A stretch of DNA of 30,260 nucleotides. It comes from a virus (lineage: Duplodnaviria; Caudoviricetes). The first letter of the stretch is position 1. Each line of letters opens with the position of its first letter. Below, piece by piece: positions 16,724 through 25,091 of the stretch. The stretch spans positions 1 to 30,260 of IMG/VR virus record IMGVR_UViG_3300038314_000273. One strand, given 5' to 3'. Both the position numbers and the translations under genes were made by a program. The notes under the pieces were generated by a model, which saw nothing but the letters and a program-made list of their open reading frames with translations, searched no databases and was not told the origin of the DNA.

Positions 16724-17389
16724 TGCTGTGCCTGCTTTTCCACTGTAACCTGTGTTATTAGCATTACCAGATGCCCCCGCACCATATCCGTTTCCTATTC
16801 CTGAACTACTTTGTAGTTGATGCCCACCAAAACCAAACATGCTACTACCTCCCATTGCTTCATAAGCTCCTCCTGCGGGCTTTCCACCATCACCACCTTG
16901 TATATTTAGATCACCGTTAGTCCCTGTTCCACCCTCACCACCATCAGCAGAATTGTTTACCTGACCATAAAGACCACCACCAGCCGTAAGAGTTGGAAAT
17001 GATACCCCACCAGAAACATAAGTAACCGTTGTATCTCCCCCGTTACCTCCAGTGGTGCCAGTAGTTCCTCCAGCTCCTACCTGAACATTTATAACGTAAG
17101 AAGAAGTAACATCTAGTTTCTTCATTACATAGCCGCCTCCACCAGCCCCAGCCGAGCCGTCTGACGCAGTAGCATTACCAGTTCCTCCGCCTCCCCCGAC
17201 ACCCTCTACAACAATCTTAGTCACGCCGGTGTCAGGAGAATAGGTTGCATCTGAAGACGTCTTAACAACTACTCGATGGAATCCAGCGGCTGCACTTGCC
17301 CATGTTCCATCACCTCTTAGAAAGGTCGATGCACTCGGTGTGCCGGATGTAGTTTCTAATAATGATTTGTCGACTTTAGTTAATGCCAT
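16694..17389 (-). CDS. Glycine-rich tail-fibre-like protein, 231 aa
   Basis: MALTKV start, GTPSASTFLRGDGTWA hinge, Gly-rich domain ending GLVVIWEYK. Confidence 0.8.
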   Translation of the reverse strand: MALTKVDKSLLETTSGTPSASTFLRGDGTWASAAAGFHRVVVKTSSDATYSPDTGVTKIVVEGVGGGGGTGNATASDGSAGAGGGGYVMKKLDVTSSYVINVQVGAGGTTGTTGGNGGDTTVTYVSGGVSFPTLTAGGGLYGQVNNSADGGEGGTGTNGDLNIQGGDGGKPAGGAYEAMGGSSMFGFGGHQLQSSSGIGNGYGAGASGNANNTGYSGKAGTAGLVVIWEYK

Positions 17390-17390
17390 T

Positions 17391-18605
17391 TTAACTCCAT
17401 CCTAGAGATACTGCTTGGATTCGTGTTTCTTTTGAACCGCCTTGGTTTAAAGTTTTTATCCGATACTTCATTTGCGTGCCTGATACTCCAGCCGTCACGT
17501 TATGCGCGGCTACAATAAAATGCGGCGATGCTGAACCCGTGGTGCCTTGAGCGACCAGAGTCATGGGTGTCCAATTAGACCCATTGTCTGCACTAAATTC
17601 AGCAGTTATGTCTGTATTTAAAACTGCTGTACCTGTGCCATTCGTGTAAGTCATCACGATATCACCCTTGGTAGCGGTTGCTTCTGCTGTTGTGGCGTTA
17701 GATACCAGCGTCATATTCAAACCACCACCCGTTGGTGGGGTTGTAGGCGGAGTAAAGTTAGAAGTCCATCTAGCGATGCCCTTAGATATTCTGAAAGAAT
17801 CTGTGTAACCCTCCCAAGATCGATCAGTAGCATGGACGGTTGTTAATAACTTGGCGCCGTATCCGTCGCAAGCAAGATCTGTTGAATTTGTACCACTTGC
17901 TACAGACACACCATCAACATATAAATTATACGCAGTGCCATTTCTAACCGAGGCGATATGCTGCCAAGCACCCGTTGCTATCGCACCATCAGCACTGTTA
18001 ATAGTCGTGCTAGCAAAATGTGTACGTATCATCCCATCATCATCCCACCAGATGCCGTAGCCTTTAGAACCGTTGCTGTGATTGCCTAATTCAAGTATTC
18101 CATCCCACGTCTGATGTGTGCCGGTTGGTTTAATCCAGAGATCAACCGTGAAGTCGCCAGTGCCAAAGTCGAGACTTGCACCGGGACTGTCAACGGTTAG
18201 GTAGTCTCCTGTATTATCCGTTTTTATACTGGTATTCGGGAACTTATAATCATCAGAGGAGTGTTCAATATCACCCGTTGCAGTCAATGCATATGGTGAA
18301 GCAGACCCATCCGTGAAAGTAGTACTTCCATTTGCAGCTTTCTGTATAAATAAGGATGTGTAAGCATCAAGCTCGGTTGTTCCGCTGTAATAATTCGCAG
18401 CATTTCTAACTGCATTCGTAGATGCTCCAGCATCAATTCCAGTAGCATCCATAAAAGCGTCTTCGGTTTGATCAACAAGGTTATATTTTCCAAAAGAACC
18501 ATTTGCCGCTACCTTAAAACCTAGAAGAGCAATATCTTCTTCTATTCCTGGCGTACTAATAGCCCCGTCTGCTATATTTGATGCTTGAATCTTAGTTAGT
18601 GCCAA
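17391..18605 (-). CDS. Virion protein with a LamG / concanavalin A-like lectin domain, 404 aa (TTG start)
   Basis: DFGTGDFTVDLWIKP...WQHIASVRNGTAYNLYVDGV...GYTDSFRISKGIARWTSNFTPPT is a LamG-type signature; MALTK start; AGAGG upstream. Confidence 0.85.
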   Translation of the reverse strand: MALTKIQASNIADGAISTPGIEEDIALLGFKVAANGSFGKYNLVDQTEDAFMDATGIDAGASTNAVRNAANYYSGTTELDAYTSLFIQKAANGSTTFTDGSASPYALTATGDIEHSSDDYKFPNTSIKTDNTGDYLTVDSPGASLDFGTGDFTVDLWIKPTGTHQTWDGILELGNHSNGSKGYGIWWDDDGMIRTHFASTTINSADGAIATGAWQHIASVRNGTAYNLYVDGVSVASGTNSTDLACDGYGAKLLTTVHATDRSWEGYTDSFRISKGIARWTSNFTPPTTPPTGGGLNMTLVSNATTAEATATKGDIVMTYTNGTGTAVLNTDITAEFSADNGSNWTPMTLVAQGTTGSASPHFIVAAHNVTAGVSGTQMKYRIKTLNQGGSKETRIQAVSLGWS

Positions 18606-18756
18606 AGTAACTTCCTCTAAATTGTTCTGCTATTTTTGCCTTAGCCTCTGTGAGACAGTTAGGCAGCATGTCACTCGGTGCTATCGTCATCCATACCACC
18701 AAGAAAGGTATTAAAAACCAATGCGCTATTCGCGCAATCCCAACGATAAAACTCAC
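18592..18756 (-). CDS. Small membrane protein, 54 aa (MSFIVGIARIAHWFLIPFLVVWMTIAPSDMLPNCLTEAKAKIAEQFRGSYFGTN)
   Basis: Hand-translated. The GTG start overlaps the upstream TGA (GTGA), it fills the 150-nt gap, and it has a hydrophobic N-terminal half. Confidence 0.55.
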   Translation of the reverse strand: MSFIVGIARIAHWFLIPFLVVWMTIAPSDMLPNCLTEAKAKIAEQFRGSYFGTN

Positions 18757-19067
18757 TTGGGATATTTAAGTTTGACAGCCTGTCGTTTCGCCTCTAGTTT
18801 AGTAACTGCTGCCATTCTTTCTTCTACAACACCCTCCCAAAGTGCTACTATTAATTCATCTGTAGATGGGTATTCCGCTTCTCGTTTACGAGAATAGTCG
18901 TTGTTATATACTTCCTGAATTTGTGTCCACGCAGCTTCCAATTCTTCTTGTGTTGGTTGTGGATCAGGGCCATCCCATGAAATAAACTCATGCGGCGGGT
19001 TAGACTGTGTTAAACGGTAAGTGTTTCTATTAAGACCTAAATGGTCAATGCAATGGTTAATATCCAT
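18753..19067 (-). CDS. Tail-fibre partner protein (XkdW-like N-terminus), 104 aa
   Basis: I.W.GPDPQPTQEELEAAW...Y.RKR.AEYPS..E...ALW...VKLKYPK pattern of small genes following fibre genes; AAGGAG Shine-Dalgarno. Confidence 0.65.
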   Translation of the reverse strand: MDINHCIDHLGLNRNTYRLTQSNPPHEFISWDGPDPQPTQEELEAAWTQIQEVYNNDYSRKREAEYPSTDELIVALWEGVVEERMAAVTKLEAKRQAVKLKYPK

Positions 19068-19982
19068 TTAGGACTCCTTGTAAACCCATACAATCGTATA
19101 AACTTCTGCTCCAAAATTACCCGCATGACCGAATCCTTCCGATGCATACGTATCCTCGCAATGATGCTCAATCTTGTAATTGTTGGTTCCTGATGGTGTA
19201 ACACGGGCAGACCCAATGCTCCTAGTCTGGACTACGTCAGCGTAGTGTCCTAGAAGGCTTGATGCTATTTCAGTCGATCCTTGCTCAATTGCAGCGGTGC
19301 CAGTAACATCGTATAGCCGTGATGTATGCAAATTTACACTGTATGCCGGGGCGCTCCACTGGATCAAATAATTCCCCGCTGGTAAAACAAACTCATTAGT
19401 AGAAAATGTTATACCAATACCGTCATACACTACATTTTGCAAATCTCTAGTACGCCAAGCGCCGCTAGTAAACCCGCCACCATCAGTTCCTGCTGTTTTT
19501 TCATCTGTTAATATTGAATAAGATTCAAACAATCCACCAGAATCTGCACCCCAAGACACATCAGTTCCATCGCTCTTCAATACCTGATTAGCCGCGCCAA
19601 CCGTCAAAGCAGATGGATCACCAGAGGCATCGCCTACAATAATCTTGCCTCTTGCGAGTCCTGCCATCTTAGCTAGGGTTACCGCATCATCAGCAAGCTT
19701 AGCTGTAGACACAGAATTATCTGCTGGGGTAATTAAATTCCCAACACTCTGGATTCCGACCACCTCTAAGTCATCTGTGGCTACTAATGCGCCTCCAAGC
19801 GTCAGATTAGAGCCAGAGAGGCTAAAAGTATCACCCTGCTGAACAACACCATTAATAGTAACGCGCAAACTCTGCTCACTGGGTGGCACCCAACCAATAT
19901 TTACTGTTGTTGCTGTTGATCCGGTTAATGAATAATGCTTAATATCAGCATCATTCATGTCTACCTTGCCTAAATATGACAT
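19068..19982 (-). CDS. Tail-fibre-like protein, 304 aa
   Basis: MSYLG start, V.INGVVQ....F.LSGSNLTL unit, DNSVSTAKLADDAVTLAKMA repeat, QVLKSDGTDVSWG hinge, DEKTAGTDGGGFTSGAWRTRDL tip domain. Confidence 0.8.
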   Translation of the reverse strand: MSYLGKVDMNDADIKHYSLTGSTATTVNIGWVPPSEQSLRVTINGVVQQGDTFSLSGSNLTLGGALVATDDLEVVGIQSVGNLITPADNSVSTAKLADDAVTLAKMAGLARGKIIVGDASGDPSALTVGAANQVLKSDGTDVSWGADSGGLFESYSILTDEKTAGTDGGGFTSGAWRTRDLQNVVYDGIGITFSTNEFVLPAGNYLIQWSAPAYSVNLHTSRLYDVTGTAAIEQGSTEIASSLLGHYADVVQTRSIGSARVTPSGTNNYKIEHHCEDTYASEGFGHAGNFGAEVYTIVWVYKES

Positions 19983-20311
19983 TAGGGTACTATCTCCAAG
20001 ATGCCTAACACTGCTTCTAACGTACTATTTGCACTAGCTTTGATACCTAGGTCATCGCTTGCTTCCATATCGATAGGTTTATCTATCACCAATGAAGAAC
20101 CAGCTGGAACAGGAACTTCGTTAGCAATATGAAAGTAATTAGAACCATCTGTTTGTACTTTGATGCTAACATTAGCTGTATCTGTAGCATGTATGTTCGA
20201 TATAATACAAGAATGCACTATACTTTGAGTACCAGCTGGTGCAGAGTAAATTGGAGTTACTGGATAACTAGTTGTTAAAGCAGCACCTGCGTTTTTAAAA
20301 GTGTTCGCCAT
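19982..20311 (-). CDS. Small virion structural (fibre connector-like) protein, 109 aa
   Basis: MANTFKNA...IY.AP......I.S..ISN...VP.GSSL.....I.ME..D.L......LE..L.ILEI beta-sandwich pattern. Confidence 0.7.
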   Translation of the reverse strand: MANTFKNAGAALTTSYPVTPIYSAPAGTQSIVHSCIISNIHATDTANVSIKVQTDGSNYFHIANEVPVPAGSSLVIDKPIDMEASDDLGIKASANSTLEAVLGILEIVP

Positions 20312-20312
20312 A

Positions 20313-21548
20313 TTACCCTCCTAGAGCTATGGCCATGGCTACGGCCGTTCCAGCTGGATCACCACCAGAAGCTGCCGCTATCGTTATAGATCCTGCGCCT
20401 TCTGTGATAGTTATATTAGAGCCAGCTGTCAGCGTGGCTTTTGTTAATGTATTCCCTGTAGTATTACCAATCAATAATTGGCCATTTGTATAACTTGTCT
20501 GTCCGGTACCGCCTTGATCTACTGCGACTGTAGTGCCTTCCCATGTTCCCGTCGCTACCGTACCCAACGTGGTTATATTCGTAGAACCAGCCCAAGTGCT
20601 CAAAGCTGTATTTTCTACATTATCTAGACTTAAATCGGTTTTAACCTCTGAAGCTGTTCTACCTTCAAGACCATTAGCCGTGAACTTTGCATAATCGTTA
20701 TCTGCTACGGAAGCGGAATCTATCTGAACTAATTTATCATCTGCAATGCCAATATCGGCGCTTATTGTTGGAACAGGTCCTGTACCATTAGTTACTAGAA
20801 TTGGTGCTGTAGCTTGTACCTCTGTAAGATCGCCTGGAGAACCACTACTCGCGGCCGTGATTCTTCCTTGTTGATCAACGGTAATAGCAGCGTGAGTATA
20901 CGAACCAGGCGTAACAGCGGTGTCAGCTAAGTATGCCGCGGCGATATCTGTGCCGTTCCATACGCCTGTTGTTATAGTACCTACTTCAACTAAGTTAGCA
21001 GCACTAGTAATAGCTGCCTGTGTTCCGCCTGTCACTGTAGCAGCAGTGGTCGCTGTGTCTGCATTACCTGTAAGAGCACCAACAAAGTCTGTTGAGGTTA
21101 CAGACGTCAATCCAGTCAGTGTAGCATCCAAGTTAACAGTTACATTTCCAGTTCCTGTTACACCAATGTTTGTACCACCAAGCACGCTAGATACAGAACT
21201 AACAGAACTTGCAAATGGTAGATCACCAACTAATAGCTTTTTAGTGCCTGCACCTTGGTCTATAGCAATGTAATCTGTTACACTAGCCGTGCCACCACCA
21301 GCGGCTGTTAGATTATCAACGTCGAGACTTAATTCACGGTCTGGGTTTGAAGTCGCATATGGTGTAGACGTCTGAGCTAGACCACTATTAGCACTTGTTT
21401 TAACCCCTTGAAGTGTATAATCCCGCAGAACTGATGCCTGCATCTTTTCATCTAAATTGGGAGACTCTCCGGTTAAGTATAGGTAATCATCATAAGCCAG
21501 CGCCGAGGAAGACCTCGCTGTCATATCTATAACTTTTTTTGTAGGCAT
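20313..21548 (-). CDS. Proximal tail fibre protein, 411 aa
   Basis: Thr/Gly/Ala-rich with fibre motifs (FVGALTGNADTAT, VTPGSYT.A.ITVD.QGRITAASSG, GGTGQTSYTNGQLLIGNT); ends AVAMAIALGG. Confidence 0.8.
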   Translation of the reverse strand: MPTKKVIDMTARSSSALAYDDYLYLTGESPNLDEKMQASVLRDYTLQGVKTSANSGLAQTSTPYATSNPDRELSLDVDNLTAAGGGTASVTDYIAIDQGAGTKKLLVGDLPFASSVSSVSSVLGGTNIGVTGTGNVTVNLDATLTGLTSVTSTDFVGALTGNADTATTAATVTGGTQAAITSAANLVEVGTITTGVWNGTDIAAAYLADTAVTPGSYTHAAITVDQQGRITAASSGSPGDLTEVQATAPILVTNGTGPVPTISADIGIADDKLVQIDSASVADNDYAKFTANGLEGRTASEVKTDLSLDNVENTALSTWAGSTNITTLGTVATGTWEGTTVAVDQGGTGQTSYTNGQLLIGNTTGNTLTKATLTAGSNITITEGAGSITIAAASGGDPAGTAVAMAIALGG

Positions 21549-21549
21549 A

Positions 21550-22362
21550 TTATGTTGAATCCGATGTTACGATATATGTATCACTGCCAGTTGCTGGCGT
21601 TATATACGTGTGTGAAGATATGATATTGTTTATCTGTTGCGTCACAACTGAACCAATTGGCCAGTAAGATGCTGGATCAAGCGAGAATGACTGCGTCTGC
21701 TTGAAGTATCTTCGTGTAGATCCACCAGCTTGCAAACCTATTGATTTTATGCGTCCTAATAAAGCTTGCAACTGCGATGAATACAATTGAAAATCACCCT
21801 GTTGGTAGTGTGCCTTCATGGTTGTTATAGCATGAAGCAGAATCAACTGCGGGTGAATAGTACTCAAATCTGTATCTAACGTAAAATCACCTAATTTGGC
21901 ATTATACGTTAATTTTAATGGGTAAGCAGCATCTGGTGTAGGCCATAACTCTATCCTTGGCTTAACAACGCCCGATACTACAGAAGTGTTTCTAATATCA
22001 TACTTAGACGGCCAACGTTGATCTAATACAGGCAATACATTCCTGTCGCCAACGCTAATACCAACAAGTAATTCATAAAACGTACCACCCGACGTCCGTT
22101 GCACCGAAATCGTTAGGGCTTTTAACGGGTCTAAATCAGGTGGAAAATCGTATAAAGATTGGCCGGCAACTGTTGCTCCGGGCTCAGTATCATTTACCCT
22201 ATGAGTGAGTAAATCACCAAATTCATAGAATAATTGTTCTTGTCCGCTTCTTAGAGCAGAGTTGAGTAAGTCAGCCTGGAGTATTGCACCAGAACCAGAG
22301 GAACTAAACCCTAGCCTCTGTCCTAGTTCTGTTCTTAGACTTAGCAGCGTTCGTGCTGTCAT
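21550..22362 (-). CDS. Head-tail adaptor / tail tubular protein A-like, 270 aa
   Basis: RTL..LR.EL..RLG N-terminus, TVAGQSLYDFP.D, IELWPTPDAAYPL; position just after the capsid genes. Confidence 0.75.
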   Translation of the reverse strand: MTARTLLSLRTELGQRLGFSSSGSGAILQADLLNSALRSGQEQLFYEFGDLLTHRVNDTEPGATVAGQSLYDFPPDLDPLKALTISVQRTSGGTFYELLVGISVGDRNVLPVLDQRWPSKYDIRNTSVVSGVVKPRIELWPTPDAAYPLKLTYNAKLGDFTLDTDLSTIHPQLILLHAITTMKAHYQQGDFQLYSSQLQALLGRIKSIGLQAGGSTRRYFKQTQSFSLDPASYWPIGSVVTQQINNIISSHTYITPATGSDTYIVTSDST

Positions 22363-22651
22363 TTACGCCTTTCTCCTTTTCTATAATACGATTTATAGAA
22401 ACCTCGATACCATCTATGTAACTCGCACCAAAAACTTCTTGTAGTTTCTGCTCTCCGTGTGCCTCTACCAATCGACGCACCTCTGACTCTATATCTTCTA
22501 TTTCGTGTCTTTCGTCAGCCTTACCTACTATTTCAATGTTTTCTTGACCCCAACCAGCCAACCATATAGGTAGCTCATGCGATGGTAAGACCTTGTTGAT
22601 CGCAGAAAATTGATCTTTCTTTACAAGAATATTTAAAATCGGTACATTCAT
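22304..22651 (-). CDS. Hypothetical phage protein, 115 aa
   Basis: GGGAGAG Shine-Dalgarno, directly after the capsid terminator; the 3' end overlaps the adaptor gene. Confidence 0.7.
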   Translation of the reverse strand: MNVPILNILVKKDQFSAINKVLPSHELPIWLAGWGQENIEIVGKADERHEIEDIESEVRRLVEAHGEQKLQEVFGASYIDGIEVSINRIIEKEKGVNDSTNAAKSKNRTRTEARV

Positions 22652-22666
22652 ATTTCTCTCCCTTTG

Positions 22667-22699
22667 AAAATAAACCGAAGGGGGCTTTCGCCCCCTCCG
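22667..22699 (-). terminator. Rho-independent terminator after the major capsid gene
   Basis: Minus strand CGGAGGGGGC-GAAA-GCCCCCTTCG (10-bp stem with one G-U, GNRA loop) followed by GTTTATTTT, starting about 10 nt after the capsid stop. Confidence 0.9.
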
Positions 22700-22708
22700 T
22701 ATACAACA

Positions 22709-23896
22709 TTACGCACCAGTAGCCATAATTACACCGTGACAGTTACAGCGGTTCGCGGTTAGCGCGCCACGCCATGTCATGCCCCAGTAGTAGTTATAAC
22801 TAGTATGCTCACGAGGAGGCTTCCTAGCGATCATATCATTATCCTGAATTGGACGTAAAGTCAGATGGTTAGTGTTCAAGAAGTAACAACGTTTGGCCCA
22901 GTCAACGGTCAAACCATTACTTACTTTCGCACCAGTAATACCATCAAGATCTTCGAATACCGGATCCCAGATAATAGGTACACCTTGGAAGAACAAACCA
23001 GTGAATGTGCCGCTATCTTTAATTTCTAGCGAAGCATCCAAATTCCAAGGAGATTGTGCCGTTCCCGGCTGTACAGCATAACGACTTAGTTTGGCGTCAA
23101 CAGCGATTTCATAAGACTTAATGAAATCTGTACCTGCCAAGATGAAGTTCGGGCTTCCGCCGTTCTTCTGACACGCACGCCACATCGTCTGCATAGGATC
23201 TAACAAATTCGCACCTGCATATCCACTACCATATGAAGCGCCAGTGGTCACATTGAGACCAGCACCCATATCGATTTGGTTACGCCAGTAAGTGTTAGCG
23301 GATCGATCAATACCACCCATCGTGCCCGTATGGGACACACAAGGAACGATAAAATCAAGACCGTTAATCGCTTTGTTAGCTAGTGAAGTACCGCCACCTA
23401 CGCCAATCGTGCCATCAAGATGCAAAGACTGATCGAGGATCTTCTCGAAACCCAGTCGAAGCACTTCCATAGCTTCATTGAATACGTTTGTTAGCTGTAC
23501 GAGACCCGCTGCGCTTGAGTTGCGCGGGCTCTGTGAGTCACCAATAAGAATACCGTTACCAAGCAAGTAGTCTTCGGAGAACTGGAAACCGTCATGTGCC
23601 GAGTTCCAAGGATAATAAGCCTGTCTCACAGTATCACGAGTGTTATACGTAACTGCCGATGAAGTGTTTAGCGCTGAATCACCAAACCACTCAAAGTTGT
23701 TACCATAACCTGTACGAATCTGCTCAACGATATTTTCTTTACCGCCACCCCAAGGCTTTTTCTTTGCCATTAGAGCTTTGAGCAGGGGACGTTCCGTCGC
23801 AACCTGGTCAATAGGTTTATTCTTCAAATAATTCTGAAGAGCTACATATCCTAGTTGGGTAATGTCTGCTGCAGCTAATGCTGTTTGAGTAGCCAT
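22709..23896 (-). CDS. Major capsid protein (HK97 fold expected), 395 aa
   Basis: Follows the scaffold, GAGGTG Shine-Dalgarno, terminator downstream; motifs RPLLKAL, DG...INGL, GGIDR...YWRN, F.GVPIIWDP, CYFLNT.HL.LRP. Confidence 0.9.
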   Translation of the reverse strand: MATQTALAAADITQLGYVALQNYLKNKPIDQVATERPLLKALMAKKKPWGGGKENIVEQIRTGYGNNFEWFGDSALNTSSAVTYNTRDTVRQAYYPWNSAHDGFQFSEDYLLGNGILIGDSQSPRNSSAAGLVQLTNVFNEAMEVLRLGFEKILDQSLHLDGTIGVGGGTSLANKAINGLDFIVPCVSHTGTMGGIDRSANTYWRNQIDMGAGLNVTTGASYGSGYAGANLLDPMQTMWRACQKNGGSPNFILAGTDFIKSYEIAVDAKLSRYAVQPGTAQSPWNLDASLEIKDSGTFTGLFFQGVPIIWDPVFEDLDGITGAKVSNGLTVDWAKRCYFLNTNHLTLRPIQDNDMIARKPPREHTSYNYYWGMTWRGALTANRCNCHGVIMATGA

Positions 23897-23931
23897 TTAT
23901 TCACCTCTCTAAGGATGTGTAAGTTTATTGG

Positions 23932-24001
23932 AACAGGGTTTGGCCACACGAAGGCCTATACGTGCTACTGGTGATGAATCCAGCTCTCATCTAATCCTGT
24001 T
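23932..24001 (-). promoter_or_regulatory. Candidate structured RNA element (two tandem pseudoknot-like units within a closing helix) in the capsid leader
   Basis: Complementary segments visible directly in the sequence (see findings). Function unknown. Confidence 0.45.
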
Positions 24002-25091
24002 AACTATGCATTGCGTCAAGATGAGCCTGAAGAAACTCCGGTGTAACTTCAGCCTGATTACTTTCCAATGCATTACCTGCGCCACCGCTTGTTCTTCCAG
24101 GTGCTAGGGGCCCAGAGTTTTTACTAGCATTTCCATTCGCGGATGCGGCGACACTCATTCCCCGCGAAAGTACATTATACTGGTTTTGAAGGATACCTAG
24201 CCATTGTTCCGGTGGAAAATCAGAGGAAGCAACTTCTCTGCTAATCTCCATCATGGCATCCTTTTTAGAAGCAAAGTCAGGATCTGAGCCGATAAGATCA
24301 TTTTCCCATTCTGTTATAGAAGATAAAGCTTGATCTGTGGCGGCTTGTGTATTTGATTGCTGTTGTAATTGTTGCTGATAGTACTGCTGATAATCTGCTT
24401 GGGCTTGGTGTTGTGAACTTGTGCTAATCCTATCATTTGCAAGTCTATTTGCCCAATCTTCGCTAATTTCTAAGTTTTCAACAGCAGACGATAAGTCCTC
24501 AAAATCGTTATACGTGGCCTCACTTTCTTCCGTTTTATTGACACCCAGAGTTTGGCCTATTTGATCTGCAAACTCATCTATAGCTTGCAAAGCTCGTACA
24601 GCTTCATCATAATTGCCAGAATTCAAACTTTTAAACACACCTAATGACCAATTTAATTGCTCAGCATTGGTACCAGAATCCATGATATAATCATGCAATT
24701 CACCAGATACCTTTAAATCTTCATTCTCGGTCTCTAATTCTTTAGCACGATTAATCCAATGCTCAAACCTTTCTTGCGCTTTAGGTTTTAGGTTACCATA
24801 TACTTCTTCGTCAATATCTAACTCTGACTGCGCTTGATCTCCCTCGCTGCTTGAAACTGCCTTTGTTGGTGTCTCTGTTCTATCATCTTCCGTGTCGACG
24901 GGTGCTTGCTGCGCTGCCTCAGCTTCTTGGTAGGTGGGAGCGTTAGTGTTGGTCTCTTCATCGGCCTCGGGTTGGACTTCGACATTAACTTCCTCCTCTT
25001 GGGCTTGTATAGATTCTAGTTCCTTCTCCATTACCTCCAATGTTTGTGCTTGTAAATCTTCACTAGCAACTGTTGCTTGCTCTTCAGCCAT
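24000..25091 (-). CDS. Capsid scaffolding protein, 363 aa
   Basis: Acidic low-complexity N-terminus, ...KAQERF... helix, Gln-rich coiled coil; lies between portal and capsid genes. Confidence 0.75.
   Translation of the reverse strand: MAEEQATVASEDLQAQTLEVMEKELESIQAQEEEVNVEVQPEADEETNTNAPTYQEAEAAQQAPVDTEDDRTETPTKAVSSSEGDQAQSELDIDEEVYGNLKPKAQERFEHWINRAKELETENEDLKVSGELHDYIMDSGTNAEQLNWSLGVFKSLNSGNYDEAVRALQAIDEFADQIGQTLGVNKTEESEATYNDFEDLSSAVENLEISEDWANRLANDRISTSSQHQAQADYQQYYQQQLQQQSNTQAATDQALSSITEWENDLIGSDPDFASKKDAMMEISREVASSDFPPEQWLGILQNQYNVLSRGMSVAASANGNASKNSGPLAPGRTSGGAGNALESNQAEVTPEFLQAHLDAMHS

Noticed and set aside
13916-17389. Diversity-generating retroelement acting on fibre gene 3' ends
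   Set aside because: No reverse transcriptase in the window; the repeat is only 32 nt, both copies are coding, and the two mismatches are synonymous rather than a template/variable repeat pattern.
13625-21548. Invertase-type (shufflon) fibre switching
   Set aside because: All fibre genes are co-oriented, each has its own start, and no recombinase or inverted repeats were seen.
22700-22760. Programmed frameshift or read-through extension of the capsid protein
   Set aside because: No slippery heptamer before the TAA, and a strong terminator follows immediately.
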